DNA of 64,000 nt from Bacteriovoracaceae bacterium (GTDB taxonomy: Bacteria > Bdellovibrionota > Bacteriovoracia > Bacteriovoracales > Bacteriovoracaceae), in the NCBI GenBank assembly GCA_045805035.1, contig JBJMLZ010000248.1, positions 1,333-65,332 of the forward strand. The letters are read 5' to 3'. Positions 46,982 through 57,172 of the stretch are shown in pieces; the stretch's first letter is position 1; every line of letters begins with the position of its first letter. Below the pieces are notes generated by a model, which was not told the origin of the DNA, did no database searches, and saw only the letters and a program-made list of their open reading frames with translations. The translations under genes and the position numbers were made by a program.

Positions 46982-48033
46982 TCCTTTACAATGTCCGCAG
47001 TGACGGAACCAAGACTGATCTTGGCCTGTGCTTTCAGGAGAGAGCGTCTTTCATCATCGCTGAACCAGAAAGTCATGTCGCCGCTTTTGAGCTTGTCACC
47101 GGAGTAAGCAGTGGTGGCCTGCAGACGAATGGCCTTGCGAACACCGGTTTCAGTTTCGATCGTCTCGCGCGCTTCGACTTTGGCGCGCATGATGAGAACT
47201 TTTCCTTTGTTCACGACGGGGATTTCGTAAACGTCGCCGTTTTTCAGAGGAAGACCCTGATAGAGGAACAGAGAGGAGAAGGGATCAATGCTGTAATAAG
47301 GAATGAATTTTTCTTCTTTCTTGTTTTTCTTTTTCCCCGAGCGCTCCTGGCGATAGAGCCAGTAAACCTTAAAGGCTTCGTGATCAAAGAGTTGAATGTC
47401 GTCCACTTCGACCTTACTTTCCCTCTGGATAACGGTGTATTTCAGAGACTGGAACTTATCGGTAGTGACATACGTATCAACTGTGTCGTCGAGCTCATAG
47501 ATGCTTGAGTAGAATGGCGCCGACTTGAAGCGTGCGTGAAAGTGCCACACTTCCTTGTTGTCGATCATCTTTTTGCCCTGATTGGTGACCATGATTTTTC
47601 CGACGGTCATTCCAAGGTAGTGAATATCGAGGAAGATTTTTTCGCCGATATGATGATGATGGTTGGGCTCGTATTGTTCCCAGACCTTCTTCCCTTTTTC
47701 ATTCAGGGCATTCATCTCTTCCGGATAATGAGCGGGTGGACCTTTCACTACTGGTGCTTCAGGTTTTTTCTCAGCGACTTTTTTTTCAGGGGCTTTTTTA
47801 GTTTCTGTTTTCTTTTTTACGCTCGTGACTTTTTTAACTTCCACGGGTGCGACCGGCCTGGGTTCTTCTTTCACATCTTTAACTTCAAATTTTTCCAGGA
47901 TAGGCGCAGCTTCTTTCGTCACTTCAGGAGTGGGATCCGGAGATTTCTCCAGAGACTTTTCAAAATCTTTCTGTTTCCAGGATGCACAGGAGCCTAAAAG
48001 CAGCAACGTCAGCCACAGCGTTTTCAATGTCAT
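46978..48033 (-). CDS. DUF3108 family lipoprotein
   Basis: Lipobox LGSC, K/E/P-rich linker, GEKIFLDIHY, DPFSSL, WFSDDERR. Confidence 0.75.
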   Translation of the reverse strand: MTLKTLWLTLLLLGSCASWKQKDFEKSLEKSPDPTPEVTKEAAPILEKFEVKDVKEEPRPVAPVEVKKVTSVKKKTETKKAPEKKVAEKKPEAPVVKGPPAHYPEEMNALNEKGKKVWEQYEPNHHHHIGEKIFLDIHYLGMTVGKIMVTNQGKKMIDNKEVWHFHARFKSAPFYSSIYELDDTVDTYVTTDKFQSLKYTVIQRESKVEVDDIQLFDHEAFKVYWLYRQERSGKKKNKKEEKFIPYYSIDPFSSLFLYQGLPLKNGDVYEIPVVNKGKVLIMRAKVEARETIETETGVRKAIRLQATTAYSGDKLKSGDMTFWFSDDERRSLLKAQAKISLGSVTADIVKE

Positions 48034-48065
48034 TCCCTTGTATAGTCTTCTTAAATCTTAGGGGA

Positions 48066-49163
48066 TTAGACAGGCGAATCAAGATGGAGAACTTTGCTTA
48101 AAGCGGAAAGAAGCTCTTTTTCCCCACTAACAAACTCAACTTTTACTTTGATGAAGAGGATCCGGCTATCGAGCGACACTCTTTTCATCTTCACCATGTC
48201 CTTCTCGGAACACATGATGACTGCCGATTGCTGCGAGGCCTTGATGAGAAGATCATTCACATCTTCCGGAGTGAAGAAATAGTGGTCTGAAAAGCTCACT
48301 TTCTCACAGATCTCAACCCCTGCGCCTTCCAGATAGTGATAGAACGAATCCGGAGAAGCAATTGCGGTGACCGCGATCGCCTTGAGTCCCTTCAGCTGGT
48401 GCATAGAGAAGATGTACTTATCGTGCACATCAAACACCCCTACTGAGTGATAGCGTGTGAGGGCCATGACCGGTTTGTGATGAATATGACCTTCAATGGT
48501 GGCGGTAAGCTTCTGAAGTTTTTCCGGGGTCACGAGATCAGAACGCGAAATCACAATTGCATCCGCGTCTTTCAGTGCACTGAAGCCCTCGCGAAGATAA
48601 CCAATCGGCGCCACTTTATAGAGATCAAGTGGCATTGTTGCATCAAAGAGGACAATGTTGAATGAGCGATAGATCTGCAAATGCTGGAAGCCATCATCGA
48701 GAAGGACAACATCGGGACGCACATCCCAGAAATATTTCAGGAGATTTTCTGCTCTCTTCTTTCCGACGATGACTGCACCCTTACTCATCTTGTTGGAGAT
48801 CATGAGCGGTTCATCGCCGTAGTCGAAAGGATTGAGACGAAATTTCTGTCCGGATTTTAGCAGACCCGATGAATGTTCAAGCTGCCCTTTGTAGCCGCGA
48901 GTGAGAACGACAGGAGTGAGCCCACGAGTGATGAGCCAGTCCGCCAGCCACACAATCGTCGGAGTCTTACCGGTTCCACCGAAAGAAAGATTTCCAACTG
49001 AAATCACCGGCACCTTAAAGACAGTTTTGTTAAAGAGACCGTATTCATAAAAAGAACGACGAATGCGGTAGACCCATTCCCAAGCAAAGGAAAACGGCAT
49101 GAGCGACGTCGTTTTTACGACGGACTTAAACCGCAGCTTGCTCTTACGAAGAGGTTCAATCAT
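48066..49163 (-). CDS. lpxK: Tetraacyldisaccharide 4'-kinase
   Basis: PVISVGNLSFGGTGKTP, TRGY, GDEP, LDDGFQH, G.LRE, SEKDMVK. Confidence 0.95.
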   Translation of the reverse strand: MIEPLRKSKLRFKSVVKTTSLMPFSFAWEWVYRIRRSFYEYGLFNKTVFKVPVISVGNLSFGGTGKTPTIVWLADWLITRGLTPVVLTRGYKGQLEHSSGLLKSGQKFRLNPFDYGDEPLMISNKMSKGAVIVGKKRAENLLKYFWDVRPDVVLLDDGFQHLQIYRSFNIVLFDATMPLDLYKVAPIGYLREGFSALKDADAIVISRSDLVTPEKLQKLTATIEGHIHHKPVMALTRYHSVGVFDVHDKYIFSMHQLKGLKAIAVTAIASPDSFYHYLEGAGVEICEKVSFSDHYFFTPEDVNDLLIKASQQSAVIMCSEKDMVKMKRVSLDSRILFIKVKVEFVSGEKELLSALSKVLHLDSPV

Positions 49164-50277
49164 GGATCACCTGTGCCATGTATTCCGGCACTGAAAACTT
49201 GTCACCTGAGAGAAGATTTTTCGTTTCTTTCAGATCCTTCTTCATTTCATTATAAATCTTTTCGTTCTCCATCCAAGTTTTAATTACCCGAAGGAATCGC
49301 TTGGCATTGGCCTCACCTTGGGTGAATTCAGGAAAAATCATTTTTCCGTGAATGATATTAGTGAGCGAAATAGCACCTTTGTACTTAATGAAGTTATAAA
49401 AAATAAATTCATTCAGAAGCGAGGCCTTATAGGCAACAATGGTCGGAAGCTCAAAAAGTCCCGTCGCAAGCGTGACAGTTCCACTGGCAGCAAGTGCGAA
49501 GTGGCACTCCTTCATCGCCCTCACGAGATCAGTCGACTCGTGAATAACGTCCACTTTGCCGGCGTACAGAGAATAATACTTATCAGGGAGATGTGGCACC
49601 TTCACCAGATGTGCCTCAACCTTATGAGTTTTCCGAAGCTCATCGACCGTAGCGATAAATTCCGGAAGAAGACTTTCCACTTCAAAACGACGGCTTCCCG
49701 GAAGAAGAAGAATTTTTACTTTTTCATTCCATGAACCAAAGGGCTTTGCGGGAATTTCTTTTACGCCTTCTTTGTAAGTGAGGGCAAGTGGATGAGGAAT
49801 CGCCCTCACCTGCTTCACTCCACGAGAACCAAACCATTCTTTCTCAAATGGAAGGATTGTAAATAATGTATGAGCTGCTGATTTGAGTGTTTCCGCGCGA
49901 TGAGCTTTCCATGCCCAGGCCTGAGGAGCGACGTAATAAAGAACACGCACTCCTCTCTTTGATAAACGTTTTGCAAGTCGGAGATTGAAGTCCTGGAAGT
50001 CGATCACGATCGCGGTCTTGGTTCCGCGAGAGACAACTTCATTCTCGAGACGCTTGAGTGCTCCGAAGTAAAAGGGAATCTTCCCCACGACTTCCGAGAA
50101 ACCCATGCTGGAGAAATCTTTTAAATGATAAAGAAGTTCAACGCCTAGTTTTTCAAGATCGTCACCGCCGACACCAAAGAATTTCGTGTCCGGACAAAGC
50201 TTCACGAGCTCAGGAAAAAAAGAAAGCGCATGCTCTTCGCCGGATTTTTCACCGGCGATGATGAGACAACTAGGCAA
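49156..50277 (-). CDS. lpxB: Lipid A disaccharide synthase
   Basis: AGEKSGE, YYVAPQAWAW, LPFE, LLPGSRRFE, ASGTVTL. Confidence 0.95.
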   Translation of the reverse strand: MPSCLIIAGEKSGEEHALSFFPELVKLCPDTKFFGVGGDDLEKLGVELLYHLKDFSSMGFSEVVGKIPFYFGALKRLENEVVSRGTKTAIVIDFQDFNLRLAKRLSKRGVRVLYYVAPQAWAWKAHRAETLKSAAHTLFTILPFEKEWFGSRGVKQVRAIPHPLALTYKEGVKEIPAKPFGSWNEKVKILLLPGSRRFEVESLLPEFIATVDELRKTHKVEAHLVKVPHLPDKYYSLYAGKVDVIHESTDLVRAMKECHFALAASGTVTLATGLFELPTIVAYKASLLNEFIFYNFIKYKGAISLTNIIHGKMIFPEFTQGEANAKRFLRVIKTWMENEKIYNEMKKDLKETKNLLSGDKFSVPEYMAQVIHD

Positions 50278-51232
50278 GTTTCACCGGAGAGGGTTTGCCC
50301 GATGCCATTGCCTTGAGAGCACTGTCCACAAGGTGAACCGCATTCATACCGTCCTGCAAATGCACAATAGCAGGTTTTCCGGAGAGCACAGAATCATAGA
50401 AATGAGTGTGCTCGAGGAACAAATGATCGCGTTTTGTGTAAGGTTCTTCTTTCACAAATGTTCCGTCTTCGTATTTACCGGAGACTGCCACTGAATATTT
50501 GTTCGCAAAAAGATCGACGTGAATGGTTCCGTCTTTTGAAACCACTTCCACATCACGTACTTCTTTCGTGGCATTTCTTCCCACGACAACAAAAGCGTCA
50601 CATCCATGATCCATCTGAACATAGATCGAAGCATGATCCCACTTGTCGGTGCGGATCTTGTGGCCAGTCGCCGAGATAGCGAGTGGTTTTGCCTTAAAGA
50701 GATACATCAGAAGATCGAGATCATGGATCGCGAGATCCTGAACGACATCAACGTCCGTTGCGCGTCCCTTGAAAGGAGCGTAGCGATTGATCCGGATGGT
50801 ATAAGGTGCAGGAAGCGACTGGAAAGTACTACGAAGTTTTTCCCAGGCCTCATGGAAGCGCTCAGAGTGCCCCACCTGGAGGACCACTTTTTTTCCGGTC
50901 GCGATTTCCTTGAGCTTCATCGCTTCTGCATCGTTAGAACAAACCGGTTTCTCGCAGAATACATGTTTGTTATTTTCGAGGAGATATTTCACGAGCTCAA
51001 AGTGAGTGGAAGTTGGAGTGACTACAAACGCAGCGTCGATATCGTTGATAACTTCCTTGATATCGGAAACGACTTTCACACCCGGATGTGCGGCCTTCGC
51101 GGCATCTTGACCTGCAGGAAATTTCTCAACGATGGCGACGAACTCAGCTACGTCTTTGTGGGCCTCGACTTTCTGACAGTGCCATTTTCCGAGGTGACCA
51201 TATCCTAATACTGCTACACGAACTTTTTTCAT
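50270..51232 (-). CDS. gnnA: Gfo/Idh/MocA oxidoreductase, probable UDP-GlcNAc 3-dehydrogenase GnnA
   Basis: GYGHLGKWH, TPTSTH, CEKP, VGHSERF, RATDVDVVQDLAIHDLD; located between lpxA and lpxB. Confidence 0.75.
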   Translation of the reverse strand: MKKVRVAVLGYGHLGKWHCQKVEAHKDVAEFVAIVEKFPAGQDAAKAAHPGVKVVSDIKEVINDIDAAFVVTPTSTHFELVKYLLENNKHVFCEKPVCSNDAEAMKLKEIATGKKVVLQVGHSERFHEAWEKLRSTFQSLPAPYTIRINRYAPFKGRATDVDVVQDLAIHDLDLLMYLFKAKPLAISATGHKIRTDKWDHASIYVQMDHGCDAFVVVGRNATKEVRDVEVVSKDGTIHVDLFANKYSVAVSGKYEDGTFVKEEPYTKRDHLFLEHTHFYDSVLSGKPAIVHLQDGMNAVHLVDSALKAMASGKPSPVKLA

Positions 51233-51233
51233 A

Positions 51234-52037
51234 TTAATCGGCCATAAATGGTGCAATACCGATTTCAGACTTTTTGATAAAAGTTGCAATCTCTTGCACA
51301 ATTGCGTTGTTTTTAAATTCTTCCATCAGTTCAGGATGAGAAACAAAAGCGCGAGGAGAAAGCGCCGAAGATTCCATTGTCCTGTAGAAGTCCACGACCT
51401 CTGAAACGATTTCTTTTGAATTGCCCTGACGTTTAAGTCCGATGATGTTGATGCCTTTGAGCTTCACACGGTTCCCCATTGCGGTACAAAAAGTGGGAAC
51501 GTCTCGATCAATACCAGCACCACCGCCGATGTAAGCACCACGACCAAGAGTCACGAATTGAGAAATACCTGTGTTACCGCCGATGATGACCCGGTCTCCG
51601 ATATTCACGTGACCGGCAAGGTTCACGGAGTTCGCGAAGGTGAGATTGTTTCCGAGCGTGCAATCGTGAGCAATATGACAGTAGGCCATGAACAGAGAGT
51701 TTGATCCGATGACGGTCTTTTTATCCTGCTTCAATGTCCCGCGGTGAATGGAAACATATTCGCGGAAAGTATTGTTGTCACCGATGATAGTTTCCGTTGG
51801 CTCACCCTTGTAAGAAGTATCCTGTGGAGGAGCGCCGATGGAACCGAACTGGAAGAACTTATTGTTCTTGCCAATTTTCGTGTGTCCATCAACAACGACG
51901 TTGGAGTGAAAAACGCAATCATCGCCTACTTCAACATTCGCACCGATCACACAGAATGGACCAATCTTTACATTATTTCCGATCTTCGCTTCGGGATGAA
52001 CAAACGACATCGGGTGAGCTTCGTAATTCTTAGACAT
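51234..52037 (-). CDS. lpxA: UDP-N-acetylglucosamine acyltransferase
   Basis: Hexapeptide repeats, PQD.SYKGE, HRGT, HIAHDC, LAGHV. Confidence 0.96.
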   Translation of the reverse strand: MSKNYEAHPMSFVHPEAKIGNNVKIGPFCVIGANVEVGDDCVFHSNVVVDGHTKIGKNNKFFQFGSIGAPPQDTSYKGEPTETIIGDNNTFREYVSIHRGTLKQDKKTVIGSNSLFMAYCHIAHDCTLGNNLTFANSVNLAGHVNIGDRVIIGGNTGISQFVTLGRGAYIGGGAGIDRDVPTFCTAMGNRVKLKGINIIGLKRQGNSKEIVSEVVDFYRTMESSALSPRAFVSHPELMEEFKNNAIVQEIATFIKKSEIGIAPFMAD

Positions 52038-52045
52038 AAAATTCC

Positions 52046-52540
52046 TTAATCGATTTTGATAGTGGCCATGACCGAACACTGGGACATGAGCTCACCGTTT
52101 GAATAAATTTCGCAGTTATAACTCTGGAATGGACCGCGGGTTTTCTCGAGAGTCGCATGAATCTCCAGGTCCATCGTAGGAATTATTGGTTTTTTGAATT
52201 TCGCGGAGTCGACCGTAATAAGAGCGACTTCAAGCTTGGTCTGCTCAATCGGTTTCTCGAGCAAATGAATGCAAAGAAAGGACGCCGCTTGCGCCATCAT
52301 CTCAACCTGAACGACACCCGGAAGAATTGGCCTTCCTGGAAAATGTCCTTCAAGAACTTTAACGGTATTATCAACACGGAAATTGCAGATACTTTTCCCG
52401 CCAATCATCTCCGTTGGCTTGAATGGACCTTTCTTTCCCTTGAGTGATTCCGGAAGTACAACTTCCTTCACGCTATCAATGAAAAGAAACGGATCTCTGT
52501 GCGGAAGAAATTGCATGACCTGCTTTTTATCCATCAACAT
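52046..52540 (-). CDS. fabZ: 3-hydroxyacyl-ACP dehydratase
   Basis: LPHRDPFLFID, GHFPGRPILPGVVQVE, FKKPI.P. Confidence 0.93.
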   Translation of the reverse strand: MLMDKKQVMQFLPHRDPFLFIDSVKEVVLPESLKGKKGPFKPTEMIGGKSICNFRVDNTVKVLEGHFPGRPILPGVVQVEMMAQAASFLCIHLLEKPIEQTKLEVALITVDSAKFKKPIIPTMDLEIHATLEKTRGPFQSYNCEIYSNGELMSQCSVMATIKID

Positions 52541-52549
52541 GAAAACTCC

Positions 52550-53584
52550 TTATTTTCCTTCTGCCATTTTTTTTGTGAGGGCGAGACCTCTCAGCCACTC
52601 ACGGACATCGCGCGCAGGAAATCCTGCGATCTTCGAACCAGCAGGCCAGATCGCGCCTTCCATCACTCCTGCCATGCCACCGATCTGTGATCCCATGCCG
52701 ATATGACAATCAGGACCGAGAGCGGCCTTTCCACCGATTACGACAAAATCTTCGAGAGTCACTGAACCAGCGAGACCCACTTGTCCGCAAAGAACACAGC
52801 CTTTGCCGATTTTACAGTTGTGCGCGACCTGAACAAGATTATCAATTCGAGTTCCCGAACCAATCATCGTCGGAGAAAAAGTTCCCTGATCCACGGAGGA
52901 GTTGGAACCGATTTCCACATCATCTCCAATGACGACTCCACCCATGTGCCAAATTTTCTGGTGCTGGCCCTGGTGGAAAGTATAGCCGAAGCCATCGGAG
53001 CCAATGACGGTTCCGGAATGTATGCGGCAATTCTTTCCAATTTTCGTGAACGGATAGATGGTAACGTTGCCGTAGATTTTTGTGTTATCCCCGATCTCAA
53101 CATTCGGAAGGATGACTGACCCCGGAAGAATTTCGACGTTGGCGCCGATTCTCACGTTCTCACCGATAAAAACATTCTGCGAGATGAAGGAAGTCGGATC
53201 AATGTCCGTCGTTCCCATCTGCCTGCCATCGGCCTGAGTGTTCATTCCTTTGAACTTTCTTTCATAGAATGGTTTTGAAAGCGAAGTCAGTGCGAGTGCC
53301 ACATTCGTTGCTGTCCCAAACCAAGCAAGCTTTAAGAGGAGCTCTTTGTCTTCGGGAGAAATCGAGGAGAAAAATTTCTCATCAATGATCGCTCCGACTT
53401 TTAGTCTTGCGAGCTCATCAAAGCGAGCGACAAACTTCCGGAGAAATTTGGAATTCTTTACGAAGACAATGCTTTTTTCCGTTGGCGCGTCTAATGCTGA
53501 AATGGCCAGAATCTCTTCTGGCCATTCAGGGTTGTGAACAAACTTGAGACTTTGGTCGTACCTGACCAGGTCCTGGATTTTCAT
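52550..53584 (-). CDS. lpxD: UDP-3-O-acylglucosamine N-acyltransferase
   Basis: Hexapeptide repeats, IGSDGFGY, IDNLVQVAHN, GQVGLAGS. Confidence 0.96.
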   Translation of the reverse strand: MKIQDLVRYDQSLKFVHNPEWPEEILAISALDAPTEKSIVFVKNSKFLRKFVARFDELARLKVGAIIDEKFFSSISPEDKELLLKLAWFGTATNVALALTSLSKPFYERKFKGMNTQADGRQMGTTDIDPTSFISQNVFIGENVRIGANVEILPGSVILPNVEIGDNTKIYGNVTIYPFTKIGKNCRIHSGTVIGSDGFGYTFHQGQHQKIWHMGGVVIGDDVEIGSNSSVDQGTFSPTMIGSGTRIDNLVQVAHNCKIGKGCVLCGQVGLAGSVTLEDFVVIGGKAALGPDCHIGMGSQIGGMAGVMEGAIWPAGSKIAGFPARDVREWLRGLALTKKMAEGK

Positions 53585-54094
53585 TTATTTTCCAGGATAC
53601 TTTTTGTCGTACGCTTTGATCACGTCTTCAGTGATGTCTTTCTTAGATTCGGCGTAAACAATCGGAGCTGCAGAAAGTTCGAAGGTCATTGCCACTGCGT
53701 TTTCTTTTGAAACTTCATCAATGATCGGACGAAGTTTTTCAAGAAGTGGCTTCTTGAGATCAGCTTCCATTTTCTGGATCTCGCGCTGGAACTCCATCGT
53801 CTTATTCTGGAGACCCATCATCATTTCCTGAAGCTCGCGTTCTTTATTCAGGCGTGCTGCTTCGGCAAGAACCATGCTTTGCTTTTTATAATCTTCCTGT
53901 GCCTTCTTGATTTTATCTTCGTCTTTTTTCAGGAGGGCCTTCTTGTCATTGAATGACTTCTCAAGCGTCTTCTGAACAGTCTTTCCTTCTTTGATCGAAG
54001 TGATGACTTTCTGGATATCAACGAGCCCCACGAGAGTCGCGCCGAATGACGGAAGCGAGAGGGCCAGTGCAAGTAATGCGATGATCGACTTCAT
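53585..54094 (-). CDS. skp: Periplasmic chaperone Skp/OmpH
   Basis: Signal peptide, VGLVDIQKV, long coiled coils, DITEDVIK; between bamA and lpxD. Confidence 0.93.
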   Translation of the reverse strand: MKSIIALLALALSLPSFGATLVGLVDIQKVITSIKEGKTVQKTLEKSFNDKKALLKKDEDKIKKAQEDYKKQSMVLAEAARLNKERELQEMMMGLQNKTMEFQREIQKMEADLKKPLLEKLRPIIDEVSKENAVAMTFELSAAPIVYAESKKDITEDVIKAYDKKYPGK

Positions 54095-54126
54095 ATGTTC
54101 TCCTTAGAGTGAAAACTCTACAACGA

Positions 54127-56481
54127 TTAGAATAATTGTCCTATGTCAAAATTAAACTGGTTCGAGGCTTCATTGTCACCCTGCTTGCCGAGACGATTCT
54201 GGCGCGGATTGACCGGGAAACCAAACTCGAAGCGAAGAACGCCGATCGGCGAGAACCAACGGAAACCAAATCCATAGTCGGCACGCAGAGAGTAATCGCC
54301 GCCAACACCAGGATGGTTCTCCCACACGTTACCGGTATCATAAAAGACCACCCATTTGAGTCCGGCTTCCTTGATAAGGGGATGTTCAAGCTCAACCGTC
54401 GTGAGGAGGTTAAAGAGACCACCGAAGTTGAAGGCCTCAACCTGATTAGTATTCGTGTTCAATGCAAGACGACGAGGACCGATGTCTTCCAGGTTATAAC
54501 CCCGCATGTTTCTTGCACCACCCATGGAGAATCTTTCGACACGCGGAATCTCGCGAGTTGTTGTCTTGAACAGCTGAGACACGGTGGCTCTCGTACGAAG
54601 AACAAGATCTCCCCAGATAGGCTTATAGTAGCGGCCTTCAAGGTCACCCTTGAGCCAGCGATAAGTACCACCAAGACCAGTGTATTCCATCGACGAACTT
54701 GCGTAGTAACCAGAAGTCGGTTCAAAAATATTGTTTCGCTTATCGCGGATGAGGGATGCCTGAAGTGATGACCCTGATCCGTTCTCCACATTTTTATCGA
54801 TGCCGGAGTTAATAACGTTCTGAACAGTATTGTCTTCGTAACGGTATGTGAGGAAGAGTCGCGTGTAATCAAAAATTGGATGACCGACTCGGAAGTCACC
54901 ACCGCGTTTTTTATAAGCAAACGAGCGGATGAAATAAGAAACTGTTTGATAATAGTCAGAGCCAGCTGTCCACTTGGTATCGAAGAGGTATGGTTCAGTG
55001 AAACCAATGTTATAAATCTGCTGACGATTCGAGTACGAAAGGTTCAGGTTAATGTTCTGCCCGAGACCGCGGAAGTTGTTCTGAGCAACAGATGCCTGGA
55101 TGAATCCTTTGGTAGCAGTCGAGTAACCGGCACCGAGGGAGATCTGGCCAGTCGGACGTTCCTTGATGGAGATCTCCACATCGAGAATGTTATCCGTACC
55201 TTTCCGGGTAATCGTATTGAAGATTACACTTTCCTGCTGGAAGAAGCCGAGACGGTTTACGTTTTCCTTGGAAGTCCGGAGTTTCGATCCGGAATACATC
55301 TCCCCTTCTTTGATCCGGAGTTCGCGCCTGATCACTTTATCTCGCGTCTTGGTGTTTCCTTTCATGGTGATCTTACCGAAGTAAGCGATCACACCTTTTT
55401 CAAACGAGAAGACGATGTCGACCTTGTTTTCACCCGGAACAACTTCAAGGGTACGAAGGACGTTCGCGAAGGCGTAACCTTTGTCCTGGTACATCTCAGT
55501 TAAAGTCTGGATATCGAGACGAAGATTTTCTTCGTTGTAGATATCGCCCTTCTTGATCTTGAGCTTCTCCATCATCTCCTGCTCCGTAAAGAGAAGCTCA
55601 CCGTTGAAGGAAATATCATTCACGGAGAATTGCGGGCCTTCCTGAAGTCGGACAGTGATGAAGATCCACTTCTTGTCTTCAGAAGCAGTGACTTCCGGAT
55701 TTTGGATGTTGACCTGGAGATAACCGCGGGTCTTGTAGTAATACTTCAGTCGCTCGACGTCGGTCTGAAAATTGATTTCTTTGAAGTTCCCTGAACCGGA
55801 GAGAAACGAGAAATAAGTTTCTTCTCGAGTCTGCATGAAGGCTTTAAGCTCATTGTCCTGGATCGCTTTGTTGCCGAGGAACATGATCTTCTTCACGCGG
55901 ACCTTGTCCCATTCCTTGATCTTGAACTTCACTTCAACAGAGCCGTTCTTCGCTTCCTTCAACTGATAAGTAGCCTGCGCGAGGAAATAGCCCTTCTCTT
56001 CGTAGTGCTTCTGGAGAAGGAGGATGTCGTTTTTCAAAGTGGAGATGTCGAGGATGTTGAACTCGCGGGTCTTCACCTGTTCTTTTAGATCATCGTCGTT
56101 GATCTCATCGTTACCGGAGAATTCAATCTTCGAGATGATCGGCTTTTCTTTCAGACGGAAGAGAAGAATGTTCTTACCCTTCGCTTGCTTATGATAAGCA
56201 GCGACATCTTCGAAGTACTTCATCTCATAAATGCGGGAGAGATCTTTGCGGAGAAGATAGTTGTCCAGAATCATGTCTGGACGTGTTCCGATTTTTTCCT
56301 GAATGGCCTCGGATTCGACTTTCCGGTTGCCGGTAAATTCGATGGCGTCGACCTTGAACATTTCTTTGATCGGACCGATGATTTCTTGCGCGAAAACCTT
56401 CGTAGGACCACTCAAAATCAAGAAGATGAAGAAAAAGAAATACGATCTTTTCAAAGGCGAAATTTCCTTAACGCAAGACAC
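54127..56481 (-). CDS. bamA: Outer membrane protein assembly factor BamA (start may be TTG 56454)
   Basis: POTRA repeats, GNTKTRDKVIRRE, NFRGLGQ, RGY motif, FNFDIGQLF. Confidence 0.96.
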   Translation of the reverse strand: MSCVKEISPLKRSYFFFFIFLILSGPTKVFAQEIIGPIKEMFKVDAIEFTGNRKVESEAIQEKIGTRPDMILDNYLLRKDLSRIYEMKYFEDVAAYHKQAKGKNILLFRLKEKPIISKIEFSGNDEINDDDLKEQVKTREFNILDISTLKNDILLLQKHYEEKGYFLAQATYQLKEAKNGSVEVKFKIKEWDKVRVKKIMFLGNKAIQDNELKAFMQTREETYFSFLSGSGNFKEINFQTDVERLKYYYKTRGYLQVNIQNPEVTASEDKKWIFITVRLQEGPQFSVNDISFNGELLFTEQEMMEKLKIKKGDIYNEENLRLDIQTLTEMYQDKGYAFANVLRTLEVVPGENKVDIVFSFEKGVIAYFGKITMKGNTKTRDKVIRRELRIKEGEMYSGSKLRTSKENVNRLGFFQQESVIFNTITRKGTDNILDVEISIKERPTGQISLGAGYSTATKGFIQASVAQNNFRGLGQNINLNLSYSNRQQIYNIGFTEPYLFDTKWTAGSDYYQTVSYFIRSFAYKKRGGDFRVGHPIFDYTRLFLTYRYEDNTVQNVINSGIDKNVENGSGSSLQASLIRDKRNNIFEPTSGYYASSSMEYTGLGGTYRWLKGDLEGRYYKPIWGDLVLRTRATVSQLFKTTTREIPRVERFSMGGARNMRGYNLEDIGPRRLALNTNTNQVEAFNFGGLFNLLTTVELEHPLIKEAGLKWVVFYDTGNVWENHPGVGGDYSLRADYGFGFRWFSPIGVLRFEFGFPVNPRQNRLGKQGDNEASNQFNFDIGQLF

Positions 56482-56511
56482 TATCTTATAGAATTTATTT
56501 GCGTGGAAATT

Positions 56512-57171
56512 TTATCCAATTATCTGACCATCTTCAATGACTATTTTGCGCGGAAAGAAGGAGGCAACTCGATCATCGTGAGTGACGACTAACAAAGTGG
56601 CTCCATATTCTTGTGCGAGATTTTTCAAAAGAGATGCGACTTTTTCAGTGTTTTTCGAGTCCAAATTTCCGGTTGGCTCATCACACAAAAGTATCTTAGG
56701 CCTTAGTGACAAAGCGCGAATGATATTGACTCGCTGCTGCTCACCACCGGAAATCTCGAAAGGATATTTTTCGAGACAGTGAGTCACCCCGAGAATCTCC
56801 GCGAGTTTCTTCGTGGTTTTTTCTGTTTCAGCGAGATCTTTTCCACCAATGCGTGAAGGAAGAAGAATGTTGTCCCTGCAGGTCATTGAAGGAAGAAGAA
56901 AGTGAAACTGAAAAACAAATCCCACTGTCGAGTTACGGAAATGAGCAAGCTCTTCATCTGACTTTGAAGAAAGATTCTGATTGTCGATCACCACTGATCC
57001 GGATGTGGGAGTATCAAGTCCGCCGAGAAGATATAGCAGAGTAGATTTTCCGGAACCAGAGGCCCCACGAATCGCCACGAGTTCGCGATCCTGAATAGTG
57101 AAAGTGAGCCCGCGAAGGACCTTCGTCTTCCCGAAATTCTTTTCCACTTTCTCAAGACGAATGAAACTCAT
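56512..57171 (-). CDS. lolD: Lipoprotein-releasing ABC ATPase LolD
   Basis: GASGSGKST, VGFVFQFHFLLP, SGGEQQR, DEPTGNLD. Confidence 0.9.
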   Translation of the reverse strand: MSFIRLEKVEKNFGKTKVLRGLTFTIQDRELVAIRGASGSGKSTLLYLLGGLDTPTSGSVVIDNQNLSSKSDEELAHFRNSTVGFVFQFHFLLPSMTCRDNILLPSRIGGKDLAETEKTTKKLAEILGVTHCLEKYPFEISGGEQQRVNIIRALSLRPKILLCDEPTGNLDSKNTEKVASLLKNLAQEYGATLLVVTHDDRVASFFPRKIVIEDGQIIG

Positions 57172-57172
57172 G

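Noticed and set aside
54105-54120. TAGAGT-TTTC-ACTCTA hairpin between bamA and skp
   Set aside because: Short stem without U-tract; at most an mRNA stabiliser of a kind common in operons.
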